64,000 nucleotides of DNA, from assembly GCA_964460785.1 (NCBI GenBank), contig CAYWQB010000004.1:169817-233816 (forward strand). Reading direction: 5' to 3'. A model generated the notes under the pieces. It saw nothing but the letters and a program-made list of their open reading frames with translations. It did no database searches and was not told the origin of the DNA. The stretch comes from an uncultured bacterium. GTDB taxonomy: Bacteria; Chlamydiota; Chlamydiia; Chlamydiales; CAYWQB01. Shown piece by piece: positions 49,261 to 58,565 of this stretch. The stretch's first letter is position 1. Every line of letters begins with the position of its first letter. The position numbers and the translations under genes were made by a program.

Positions 49261-50466
49261 GTGAAGCGAGTTGCAATCATTGGAGGGGGCTTAGCTGGCC
49301 TTTCCGCGGCCTATCACTTAGAAAAGAATGGGCGTTATTCAATAGACCTATATGAGGCGAGTGGCCTTGTAGGAGGAGCTCTGAAAAGTCGGCAAAGAGC
49401 GGGCTTTTATCTTGATGAAGGGTTTCAAACATTTTTGGATAGCTATGAGGAAATGAGTCATTTTCCTTACCTACAAAAAATGGGGACCCAGCGATTTATG
49501 AGTTGTGTGCAGTATTGGCATGAGGGGCGCTTTTATAAAGTGGTCAACCCTCTAAAACATCCCTTTTTATTTGCTACACTTGTTGGAAAGCAATTGCCTC
49601 ACTTAAAGCCTGCAATGAAAGTATTACGTGCATTGATGACCAATAAGCACTTTGAAGGGAGAGAAGCAAAGTCAATCGATAGTTTTCTGAATGAGGTTGG
49701 GGGTGGAGATCCATTCATCGAGCAGTTTTTAAAGCCTTTTCTTCGCGGAGTCTTTCAGGATCCAGGGCTTTGTACTCACCCTTCTCTCTTACAAAATATT
49801 ACTCCTTATTTTTTGCGAGGAGAGGCTCACATACCTGTAAGAGGGATGCAAGAGATTCCTATGCGCATGCGGCAGTCATTAAAATCGGTCAATATTTTTA
49901 CAAACAATCAAATAGAAGGGGTTGATGGAGAAACTTTATGGTCTTCAAAGAGAGGGAAATTTTCTTATGACTTGATTATCAATGCATGCGCCTTGCATCA
50001 AGTCACTCGTTTTTTTGATAGTTTGCCACAGGTAAAAATGTTGCCAACAGAGGTTCTTTACTTTGTGACAGATCGACTTCCAGCAGGAAAGCGGCCCACC
50101 CTCAGTGTCTTTCCTCAAGGTTCAGGCTGCTTAAACCATCTCAGTATGTCTCGACAAAAAGGGAAAGTATTAATTTCTGCAACAGCTCTTGTCCCAGGAG
50201 TGACTGTCGGCCAGGTTGAAAAGTGTATTCGCTCATACTTCCCTAAAGTAGAGTCTTTAACATTTTTGTGTAAAAGCTATGTGAAAGAGTCTTTGCCTAG
50301 GCAAAGCCCTTCTGCTTTGAAAAATATTCAGCATGTCCACAATCAGCTGCAGGTTATTGAAAAAACCACCCCCACTCTTTTTACTGTCCTGTATCAAAAA
50401 TACTCCTCAATTAATGAAGCGCTTGCTTCAGGGAGAAAGGTGGCAGTGCGAGCTTTGGCTCGTTAA
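49261..50466 (+). CDS. FAD-dependent oxidoreductase (amine oxidase / protoporphyrinogen oxidase-like)
   Basis: IIGGGLAGL, EAS..VGG, GF.LD.GFQ, FLKPF.RGVF, P..GMQ.IP, SIN.AL.SG. Confidence 0.85.
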   Translation: MKRVAIIGGGLAGLSAAYHLEKNGRYSIDLYEASGLVGGALKSRQRAGFYLDEGFQTFLDSYEEMSHFPYLQKMGTQRFMSCVQYWHEGRFYKVVNPLKHPFLFATLVGKQLPHLKPAMKVLRALMTNKHFEGREAKSIDSFLNEVGGGDPFIEQFLKPFLRGVFQDPGLCTHPSLLQNITPYFLRGEAHIPVRGMQEIPMRMRQSLKSVNIFTNNQIEGVDGETLWSSKRGKFSYDLIINACALHQVTRFFDSLPQVKMLPTEVLYFVTDRLPAGKRPTLSVFPQGSGCLNHLSMSRQKGKVLISATALVPGVTVGQVEKCIRSYFPKVESLTFLCKSYVKESLPRQSPSALKNIQHVHNQLQVIEKTTPTLFTVLYQKYSSINEALASGRKVAVRALAR

Positions 50467-50497
50467 TCTTTTGAAAAGGAAAGAGTTAAGGGTTGAT

Positions 50498-50536
50498 AAA
50501 GTTAATATTGACTTCAACATTAACTTTTTCTAAAGT
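50498..50536 (+). promoter_or_regulatory. Promoter overlapped by a 14-bp inverted repeat
   Basis: AAAGTTAATATTGA-CT-TCAACATTAACTTT (13/14 match) centred on TTGACT, with TAAAGT 17 nt downstream. Confidence 0.55.
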
Positions 50537-50567
50537 TTTTTCCCTTTTTGCCAAACATAAGAAAAAA

Positions 50568-51857
50568 ATGTCTATTTCCTCCTATAAAAGCCCCATCCCT
50601 CCTGTCTTCAATGCGCTCATTCGTGGAGAGTCCTATAAAAGCAAAGATCCGCACCTTACTGCTGAACTAAAGGTAAAGGGAAAGTCTATTGCTGATCGAG
50701 ATTTCGATTGCCATGGAGAGGCTTTTACAGACCATGGTAAAGGGATGGCTTTAGTCATTTTAAATATGATGGCTCATGCTAAAGATTTTTTGAAAGAGTG
50801 TGCGCAGTCTGATGATTTAGCTTCCCTAAGTTCAGATTTAGTCCAAAAATTTACAGCGATCTCAACACATGGCCCTAGAATTAATTATGAGAGAAAGGGC
50901 GTGGGAGCACTTGCCATTGAAGTTATAGGGAGAAGGTCTATACAAGACTTCGGCTCCATAACCTATATGGAAGTAAGAGTCAGAGCAAACTCGCAAAAAG
51001 TAAAAGACCTCGTCCAGTTCTTCTTTAGTGAAATGGCTCCTGTTTTACCGATTCTGACAGCTGCAGATACAGATGGATATGGAACAACGCTAGGAGAGGA
51101 GTATCTCCTCAAGCATATGCATGCTCCACGTTGGCAAGAAAGGAATGGAGAGTTTGTTGGCAAACACCTCTTTATAGGGCAACTCGTTGTGAACCCTCAG
51201 CACAACCCTCTTGTATCTGTTTTAACTTCTGCAGTAGGAAGAAAGCCCACACCTTTAAAGTTAACAAATGGTGATCTTTCCGTGACCTTGCTGAGAAGTA
51301 GCTTAAAAGCTTCTTCCAACCGCTATACAATTAGTGGTGAGGCAATGACACAAAAGGGAAAAGAGCTTTCAGAAGTGATGATGACTGTTTTTGATCACTC
51401 AGCTAGCTTTTTAAACAAATGCAGAAAAAATAAAGTTGCAGATCGAGTTTTTACCTGCCTGATTGAAAAACTGCCCTATGTAACAGAAAGGTCTCCAACT
51501 ATAGATTGTATCGTTTCAGGAGAAGAGAAACTTTCTTTACATGTCAATGTAGAGAGGCATACAAGAGAGAATCGATCAACATCAATCTTGTGGGTTCAAG
51601 TACAAGCAACAACAGGTCGTATTAAAGCGTTTGCTAATGACTTTTTTAATGAGATGGCACGGGCTCTTCCTCTCATGGCGGGGATACAAGATAAAAGCCA
51701 TCACTTGAAGGTTGGAGAAAAGTATACGCTTAAGCATATGCATGCAATGCGCTGGCAAGAAAGGAATGGAGAGTTTACTGGGAAGCACTTGTTTGTTGGC
51801 CAGCTTGTATGCAAGTCAGAGTCAGAATTTACTGAGTCTGCAGCGAAGGCTGGATAA
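50568..51857 (+). CDS. Hypothetical protein made of two tandem ~207-aa homologous domains
   Basis: KHMHAxRWQERNGEFxGKHLFxGQLV occurs twice, 621 bp apart. Start moved to ATG 50568 (MSISSYKSP). Confidence 0.75.
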   Translation: MSISSYKSPIPPVFNALIRGESYKSKDPHLTAELKVKGKSIADRDFDCHGEAFTDHGKGMALVILNMMAHAKDFLKECAQSDDLASLSSDLVQKFTAISTHGPRINYERKGVGALAIEVIGRRSIQDFGSITYMEVRVRANSQKVKDLVQFFFSEMAPVLPILTAADTDGYGTTLGEEYLLKHMHAPRWQERNGEFVGKHLFIGQLVVNPQHNPLVSVLTSAVGRKPTPLKLTNGDLSVTLLRSSLKASSNRYTISGEAMTQKGKELSEVMMTVFDHSASFLNKCRKNKVADRVFTCLIEKLPYVTERSPTIDCIVSGEEKLSLHVNVERHTRENRSTSILWVQVQATTGRIKAFANDFFNEMARALPLMAGIQDKSHHLKVGEKYTLKHMHAMRWQERNGEFTGKHLFVGQLVCKSESEFTESAAKAG

Positions 51858-53136
51858 TATGCTTCATGACCTTTTCTCGAGACCAAGTAATGGGTTTGAA
51901 GCTGCGTAGGATTTGAAGTCGTAGTTTATTTTCAAGCTGACGGCACTTTTTTTCTGTTAAATCTGCAAGAGCTTGTATTCTAGGGTTTTTCTTCCACCGT
52001 CTCTCTTTAAAAGAGTTTAGAGACATCAAGCAGCGAAAGTACTTTTCTTGGCGAAGATGTTTCCTTGTGGCTAGGTGATGCTCTGGTGTGGTTAGGTTTG
52101 CTGCGTAGCATACAGGTGTATACATCTGATGGTGCATATGAGGAGCTTTTTGTAATATTTTTAGCCGATCTTCTTCCGCAAGAGATTGGAGAGAGCTCAG
52201 GTCAAGCTCCGAGGGGTGAAGATAAACTTGTCCTCCCCCTTCTGTAATTATCTTTTGGTGCAATAGACTATACAAGCCATCAATTGTACATTTCCCATCA
52301 AACTCAAAAGTGATTACATGCATTAGAAACTTTGGATCAAGAAGCACACTTGCATCGATATTTTGAATTTCAATTTCAGAAAGAGCGTAATATTGGCCTT
52401 TAGCTTCGGCTTTTACTTTTGTTGATACGAAAGGGTTGACCTGTGGCTGACGACCCTTATTGAAAATACGCAAATTGCACTTCTGGCTTTTAGGGTTCCT
52501 TGAGACTAATAAGCTAATAAAATGGTGTGCTGTTCCTGTTGGTAAGCAAAAGGCTCTCTCTCCATGTATCGTTTGATAGCAAATTTTAGGTCTGGCTTTG
52601 GAGAAATCTTTAATAATAGACCCTATGTCTTGCTCAAGAAGGGATAGGAACTTTGCTTGATCAGAGCTTCCCCTAACCAAAGCATCAACCTTAAAGGAAA
52701 GGTGAGCGAGTAATTTGCGATGTCTAAACAAGCTTTGGTAGTGAGGTGCTGAAGACCGAGGTAAATTCGAAAGAAAAGCATTGAGGCAGCGGAGGCGAGA
52801 ACTAGAGAAAGAAGAGGTGTAATATCCGGTACCGGCCTTTGGGTAGGTATAGACAGGGGCTCCCTTAGGGATATGGCATAGATCTCTAAATGACTCTACC
52901 TTTTGTTTTAGGCTTTCTTTATTAAGGGATAGGGAGACCTGGGGTAAAGTTGTCCAATAGAGAGACCTTTCCGTTGAGTGTATGCCATGTAATAGTCTTT
53001 GTACAGATTGTTGGATGCGCGGGTCATTTTGCTCAGACCATGCAGTGGTGCCTTTGACATGAGGAATTTTAGAGGGACAAGTTGAGGTGGGGAGTTTCCT
53101 GTGTGGCTTAGAGCAGGGCAGTAAGACGATAGACAA
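51829..53136 (-). CDS. Hypothetical protein, possible cysteine-protease-like effector
   Basis: 435-aa ORF with H(HFISL)...N(IFNKG)...Q-x5-C (QMYTPVC) order. Confidence 0.6.
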   Translation of the reverse strand: MSIVLLPCSKPHRKLPTSTCPSKIPHVKGTTAWSEQNDPRIQQSVQRLLHGIHSTERSLYWTTLPQVSLSLNKESLKQKVESFRDLCHIPKGAPVYTYPKAGTGYYTSSFSSSRLRCLNAFLSNLPRSSAPHYQSLFRHRKLLAHLSFKVDALVRGSSDQAKFLSLLEQDIGSIIKDFSKARPKICYQTIHGERAFCLPTGTAHHFISLLVSRNPKSQKCNLRIFNKGRQPQVNPFVSTKVKAEAKGQYYALSEIEIQNIDASVLLDPKFLMHVITFEFDGKCTIDGLYSLLHQKIITEGGGQVYLHPSELDLSSLQSLAEEDRLKILQKAPHMHHQMYTPVCYAANLTTPEHHLATRKHLRQEKYFRCLMSLNSFKERRWKKNPRIQALADLTEKKCRQLENKLRLQILRSFKPITWSREKVMKHIIQPSLQTQ

Positions 53137-53193
53137 GGCTGAAAATCTCTCTTTTAGAGCAAAAATATTATTTTAAGGAATGGTAAAATTTAA

Positions 53194-53763
53194 ATGAATA
53201 TAAAAGAGATTATTGATCACATAGAGACCATGCTGTCTTCTCAAGAAAGGATTACTTTGGGGATTTCAGGGTTTGGAGGGGCCGGAAAAACAACCCTAGC
53301 AAAGAAGTTGTGTCAGCATTTCTTCTTAAGAGATGAGCAGGTTCTTCACCTTGATCACCTGTATAGCCACAACCCAAATGGTCCAGGCATTCTAGATCAA
53401 GTCGATTGGAACCTTCTGGAAGAGATTTTAAAGCAAGCAAGCCATGGAGAGCGGTTAGTTTATCAAGGAAGAGGCTTTCTCAAAGAGCCTATCTTTATTG
53501 ATGAAAAGTGGCCAAACCTACTGATTGTTGAAGGTATTCGCTTACTACAGCCCAAACTAATGAAGTTCTTTGACTGCTCAATATGGATCGATTGCCCACA
53601 TTCACTAGCTGTGAAAAGAGCAAAGCGGCGAGATCGTAGCCAGGGAGAGAGTGAAGAAGTCATTGCCCGGTGGGATACTGACTGGGGCCCCAAGGATCTA
53701 GAGTATGATCAGCTTTTTCAGCCAGCTAAGCTTGCAAGTATAATTTATTCCTCATCCTCCTGA
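53194..53763 (+). CDS. P-loop kinase, uridine kinase-like
   Basis: GISGFGGAGKTT, HLD, LIVEG, D.SIWID, R...RD. Confidence 0.85.
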   Translation: MNIKEIIDHIETMLSSQERITLGISGFGGAGKTTLAKKLCQHFFLRDEQVLHLDHLYSHNPNGPGILDQVDWNLLEEILKQASHGERLVYQGRGFLKEPIFIDEKWPNLLIVEGIRLLQPKLMKFFDCSIWIDCPHSLAVKRAKRRDRSQGESEEVIARWDTDWGPKDLEYDQLFQPAKLASIIYSSSS

Positions 53764-53833
53764 AAAACCAACAAGTACTTATCTAATCAGCCAAAGTTCC
53801 GATAGAGATCTTAGGAAGATCTAAAGTAGGGGA

Positions 53834-56824
53834 ATGTCCATGTCTGGGTCTGTGCATGATTCTGGAGACGGAATTAATTGGGATGCTGCATTTGAAGGTG
53901 CTAACTATCAGTCGCTTGATGCAAGAGAACAGGCCACTGTTCGAGGTATCTTTGAAGGAATGGAAAAGCTTGCAGGAGGTAGTTTTCATAAGGATGAGGA
54001 GGCTCATCAATGGAAGCTTCAGGTTATTCGAGCATCTTTAAATGACCAAGATACAGGTATGAAACTGTGGGTTAAAGATGTTGGTATAGAGGGAGCAGAG
54101 CATAAAGTTCGGTTAGGTAAAGGCAACCCTCCTGAGGAATCAGGTTACCGGCCAGTATCTTTAAGTGATACAAAACTAAATGCTCTTTGTAAGCTGTTTG
54201 GGGTTCGAGCAAGAACAAGAGAGTCGGCAGTTCTTGCTTTAAGCCGACAGTTTTCGGACTTAACTTCAAAGGTCAGTCAGGTTTCCATTCGAGCTTTTCA
54301 GCATATTCCTACAAAAGATAGCTCTAAGGCTTCCTTTCATATCAATAAGATCAAAGCGACTCTTCAAGAGACTTTAGCAAGGTCTGGGAAAGCAGAAGAG
54401 GATATTACAAGGGTTCTTTCAATCTTTGATAGCCAGCTACGGACTGTGGGGTTTGATGAAAAAGAAAACCCTATGATTCATGTCTCCGAAAGGCCTGTTA
54501 TTAGTGAGATCAAGAAAAAAGTGGAAATAGCCATCCCTCCCATTTCTCTTTTTACTAAAGGGCTGTCTGCAGTATTAGAAAGCAAATTTCCAGAAAATCC
54601 AGTGAAGCAAAAGGCTATACATAAAGCTTTGCTTGATCGATGGGGAATTCAAGATGCTGAATCAAGTCGGCTTGTTAGTGATACTGCTCGTAGTGAGTTC
54701 GAAGCTATAAAAGGGAGAAGTAGTGAAGATATAGCTCAAGCAGCTTTCCGAGCTGTATTGAGGCCAATTGGAGAAACCTCCTCTGCAGAAGAAGCATTGA
54801 CTCGGTTAAAGATTGCGATGAAAGTGACGTGCCCGACAGAGGGGATTGGAGATGCTTTATTTTCCATAAAAGAGCATCTGGGGATCAGCGACTTATCTGC
54901 CCCAATTGGTAAAGAGGGCATGACTTTTCTACAGAGTATTCTTCCAAAAGTTCAGGGGGGAGCTGCAAGTGCAGAGGAGCTAATGAAGGATGTCGAAGGG
55001 ACTGCAGCAAAAACAGCTAGAGATATTGCTGCAGAAATTCGCTCTTCAGCCCCAGCTGGGTCTATAGTTCCTGATGAAGCGTCCCTTTTACGGATGGTGA
55101 ATGAAGCTTTATCTATGCGCCCAGAAGCAAAAGTATCTATAGACCATAAGGAGAGGGTAACAAAGCAGATTTTATCAGCAATCAAAGGGGAAGCAGAAGC
55201 AAGACCAGCTCCTGCTGAACCAGAAAGAGCTGCAGGGGGGAGTATTGCTGCAAGGCAAGCAATGTTTGGAGGGGCTAAGGGAGCTAAAGGCAAAAGGCAC
55301 CTTCGCTCTGCAGGAGCTCCAAAAGCTCCATCAGGAGACACTGTGCCTATAACTCCCTTATCCATAGAGTCTCTTAAAAGAGCTGTGAGCCTTAGTAGCA
55401 TTAAGGAACGGGTAATTATTGATCCAAGTAAAAAAAGTAAGGCTGGAGTTTCACCAGATAGAATGGATGAGACTATTTTACAGTCTCTTGGTATCAGCCT
55501 AATGGCAGAGCGTGAAGCTCCCAATGCTGTCTATAGAAGGTTGTTAGATGGGCTACAAGGGGTAGATCCATCGTTAGTTACTAAACAGTATGTGCTAGAC
55601 CATGTAAAAGAGATATTCTTTAAGCAAGCCCTAGAAGGATCAGAGTTTAGCTTTTTTGCAGATCGTTATTCTCAGGTACGAGCTATGTATCAGCAGTTCG
55701 AAGAGAGGTTAGAAAACTTAATTGGGGACTATGAGATTGCAAAAAGTGCAAAAGGTATGGAGTATTTAGAGGCTGCAACTCGGTTTCAAGCATTGCAGGA
55801 AGGGTATCGCACGCCATTTGTTGAAATTCTTGATACGAAGGCTGTACGCGCAAAAGTGCGCGATGGGGTCGAGAAACAGAAAGAAGCATCATTTAGGTCC
55901 ATTCTAAGAACAGTTTGTAAAAGTGATAAAATTCAAAGTAAGCTTGCTGATAAAAGTGCTATTCCTAGCAAAGGTATAGAGAAAAAAACCGAGGCTTTGG
56001 TGTCTAGGCAAGCAGAGCGCGTGCTGTCAAAGTCTAGTGGAAGCATGAAAGGGTTTGAGACAATTTTATCAAAGGTCAAATCCCTTAGAGAAGCAGGGCA
56101 TGTCGTAGCACTTATCGAACAAAATAATGCGAATGAAATTGCGCAAGCAGGAAAATGTTTAGGTTCTTCTTTACGCTATATACTAAATACAGACCCTCGC
56201 CTAGACGGATCAAAAATTACGAGTGAGCGGGGAGAGGCTGCAGTACAGGCAGCATATCAGGCTGCTAGTGGAGGGGTTGTAGGAGAGAAAATTAGTCAGT
56301 TAGCCAGATTAATGGAGGACTACTCCAAAAAACCAGATAGTCGTAGGGGAGATAAGCTTATTCAATTTGCACAAGAAAATGAGAAGCTGTTTCCTGTTGA
56401 TGCAAGCTTAATATCAGGCAAGCAATATAGCAAAATTCTAGAGTCACTTTACTTGCAATTTTTGAGTAAGACAGACTTACCAGATGATGTGAAAGCAAAT
56501 CACAGGATAGAAACCAGAAGCCTTACGCATGAGGTAAGCCCGGATGAAATCATTCCGCTACTTACATCAATGGATAGGCTAGATGCAAGTTCTGCAGACT
56601 GGACGTCCTTTCTGGATATTACAGGACATTCTATGGCAGTTGGTGTCAAAACAATTGATGGAGAGAAGAACTTAATGATCCGAGATCCAAACTTAGGGGA
56701 GTTTAAGTTTAAGGTAGGAGATGCTGGAGAATTAGCTACTGCTACGACTCTTTTACAAGACCTTTGTGAGCTATATGATGTCTCTGGCATGAGAATCATT
56801 GATGTAGAGCCTGCTACAAATTAG
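53834..56824 (+). CDS. Large candidate effector with C-terminal YopT/AvrPphB-type (C58) cysteine protease domain
   Basis: GKCLGSS, GHSMAV and RDPNLGEFKF in C-H-D order within the last ~240 aa. Confidence 0.75.
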   Translation: MSMSGSVHDSGDGINWDAAFEGANYQSLDAREQATVRGIFEGMEKLAGGSFHKDEEAHQWKLQVIRASLNDQDTGMKLWVKDVGIEGAEHKVRLGKGNPPEESGYRPVSLSDTKLNALCKLFGVRARTRESAVLALSRQFSDLTSKVSQVSIRAFQHIPTKDSSKASFHINKIKATLQETLARSGKAEEDITRVLSIFDSQLRTVGFDEKENPMIHVSERPVISEIKKKVEIAIPPISLFTKGLSAVLESKFPENPVKQKAIHKALLDRWGIQDAESSRLVSDTARSEFEAIKGRSSEDIAQAAFRAVLRPIGETSSAEEALTRLKIAMKVTCPTEGIGDALFSIKEHLGISDLSAPIGKEGMTFLQSILPKVQGGAASAEELMKDVEGTAAKTARDIAAEIRSSAPAGSIVPDEASLLRMVNEALSMRPEAKVSIDHKERVTKQILSAIKGEAEARPAPAEPERAAGGSIAARQAMFGGAKGAKGKRHLRSAGAPKAPSGDTVPITPLSIESLKRAVSLSSIKERVIIDPSKKSKAGVSPDRMDETILQSLGISLMAEREAPNAVYRRLLDGLQGVDPSLVTKQYVLDHVKEIFFKQALEGSEFSFFADRYSQVRAMYQQFEERLENLIGDYEIAKSAKGMEYLEAATRFQALQEGYRTPFVEILDTKAVRAKVRDGVEKQKEASFRSILRTVCKSDKIQSKLADKSAIPSKGIEKKTEALVSRQAERVLSKSSGSMKGFETILSKVKSLREAGHVVALIEQNNANEIAQAGKCLGSSLRYILNTDPRLDGSKITSERGEAAVQAAYQAASGGVVGEKISQLARLMEDYSKKPDSRRGDKLIQFAQENEKLFPVDASLISGKQYSKILESLYLQFLSKTDLPDDVKANHRIETRSLTHEVSPDEIIPLLTSMDRLDASSADWTSFLDITGHSMAVGVKTIDGEKNLMIRDPNLGEFKFKVGDAGELATATTLLQDLCELYDVSGMRIIDVEPATN

Positions 56825-56828
56825 TCTA

Positions 56829-57272
56829 TTAGGCTTTAGCACTACAATGATCAGAGGTCATGACTTCAGATACTTGCAGTGGGCTTTTTCTCGTTTCATC
56901 TAGTTGATTATTGTATTCTATAAGTTGTTTAAAAGCTTCCCGAGCTGTGTTTGCATAGGATTCTACCTTAGGAGCTATAGCATCTACAGTTGTACTTTTA
57001 TCTTTAAGTTGAAGGCAAAGATCATAGATTCTTGCCTTACAATCAAAAATTTCTTCAACTGACCTTTTAAAGGTTCCTTCGATCATTTCGCCAGCAAACC
57101 CTATAGCGTCAGCATCATCAGTATCAATGTATGAGATCGACCATGTACGCCCTTGAAAGGTGCCGCTTATTATTTGCTTATCCTTACTTACCGAGAAGCT
57201 ATTTAATGTTCGGATCGCTTTGTTTAGTTGTTGTATTTGGGAGGAAGGAGTGCTTTGAGGTGTAGATGACAT
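56829..57272 (-). CDS. Hypothetical protein (Ser/Thr/Pro-rich N-terminus, candidate effector)
   Basis: 147 aa, AGGAG Shine-Dalgarno, MSSTPQSTPSS start. Confidence 0.65.
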   Translation of the reverse strand: MSSTPQSTPSSQIQQLNKAIRTLNSFSVSKDKQIISGTFQGRTWSISYIDTDDADAIGFAGEMIEGTFKRSVEEIFDCKARIYDLCLQLKDKSTTVDAIAPKVESYANTAREAFKQLIEYNNQLDETRKSPLQVSEVMTSDHCSAKA

Positions 57273-57375
57273 GAATTCTCCTAAAAATCCGAAAAACGTT
57301 ACTAGGTATAGGCTTTTATTAGTAGTGTGAGATTTTTATTTATGAAAATTTTTAACATTTTCTTAATAAAAATAG

Positions 57376-57404
57376 TTGCTTGATAAAATAAGTGCTGTTA
57401 ACAT
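57376..57404 (+). promoter_or_regulatory. Sigma70-type promoter with extended -10
   Basis: TTGCTT-N17-TAACAT with a TG extension, 30 nt before the ATG at 57435. Confidence 0.45.
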
Positions 57405-57434
57405 GTTAAGCTTCAATAAAATTATGAGTGTTTT

Positions 57435-58565
57435 ATGCAAATCCCTCTCATTTCAAGAGCTTCACAATATGTATCACAAATTCATGTACCACAACTTCCA
57501 TCAAGGGTAGATGCTTCTTTAGCAAGAAAAGTTACAGCTTGCACATCTGCTGTATTTGGCTTTTATGCTCTGAGCCAGGGGCGTTTTGAAGTAGCAGGTA
57601 TTTCTTTAGGTTTAGCTGCAGGACTTGGACATTATGAGTATACACAGGCTAGCTGTGATAAGGCTGACTCTAATGTAGTTGATTTAACAGATGAAGCTAG
57701 TGATGTGATTGATTTAACAGATGAAGCTAGTGGTGTCAAAGAGGCTACTGCACAGACAGAAAAAGCCCGCAAGTTCGATGCTTTAAATATGAGCAAAACT
57801 TGGGAGTCTGGTGTAAAAATTCCACGTCGCTTTCAAGAACATGCACGGTCAGTTATTACAAGAGATTTAGGATCCTCTTATATCCAGTCCCGTTTTCGAG
57901 CCCAAGAAATGGGAAGGCTATTAGGGGAAGATATTAGTGGAGAAGGACAGAGTGCCTGGGTCTCAGAAGGAATTCTAGACCTATATATTCCTATGCTTCG
58001 CAAGGAGTGTTCTGAGAGTCAGTGGATTTTTCCTCGTTGCTTAGGTTCTACCTATAAGCAACTCCAAGAAAGCCCAGAACGCCTGGAAAGGTTTCGAGAG
58101 CGCTCTTTAAAAAACCTGCTGACTCAGCGGGAGTATGATGAGCAAGGAAAATACCAAAGCACAAGAACAGCACTGCCTGATCCTGCAAAGCTTAAAACCA
58201 TTTGGTTGCCCGTCAACCACCACAATTCACACTGGTACTTTATAGAAATTGACCTTGCTGGCAGAGAGTATAAAATTTTTGACTCAAAGCCAGGGATTGC
58301 AGACCACGAAGAGGGAGTGCAGGTAGCAGAATGGCTTGTTGAGCAAATGGCTTTAGGGGGCTATATCAACCTCGATAGAGAAGAGCGCTTTGAATCGAGT
58401 GAGGCTCCTATACAGAAACAGCAAAATGGCCATGATTGCGGAGTCTATATGTTGCGTGGTATAGAAGAACGTATGAAGGGAAAAAAAATTGCTAGGATTG
58501 GTAAAAATGTCCGCCAGCAGTTACTGAACCGGATCCTAAAGTATGACAAGCAGTTGAGTGCATAA
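57435..58565 (+). CDS. Ulp1/SENP-like (CE clan, C48) protease effector 1 with hydrophobic segment and tandem SIM-like motifs
   Basis: WVSEGILD.Y, LPVN...SHWY, IFDS, QQNGHDCGVY. Also VVDLTDE and VIDLTDE. Confidence 0.88.
   Translation: MQIPLISRASQYVSQIHVPQLPSRVDASLARKVTACTSAVFGFYALSQGRFEVAGISLGLAAGLGHYEYTQASCDKADSNVVDLTDEASDVIDLTDEASGVKEATAQTEKARKFDALNMSKTWESGVKIPRRFQEHARSVITRDLGSSYIQSRFRAQEMGRLLGEDISGEGQSAWVSEGILDLYIPMLRKECSESQWIFPRCLGSTYKQLQESPERLERFRERSLKNLLTQREYDEQGKYQSTRTALPDPAKLKTIWLPVNHHNSHWYFIEIDLAGREYKIFDSKPGIADHEEGVQVAEWLVEQMALGGYINLDREERFESSEAPIQKQQNGHDCGVYMLRGIEERMKGKKIARIGKNVRQQLLNRILKYDKQLSA
57673..57732 (+). repeat. 30-bp tandem duplication encoding V(V/I)DLTDEAS twice
   Basis: ATGTAGTTGATTTAACAGATGAAGCTAGTG / ATGTGATTGATTTAACAGATGAAGCTAGTG. 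Confidence 0.9.

Noticed and set aside
54952-55524. 190-aa antisense ORF, and the many other 60-150 aa overlapping ORFs such as 12092-12520 and 34652-35095
   Set aside because: They lie antisense or out of frame within well-supported genes and have no recognisable motifs, so they are treated as shadow ORFs.
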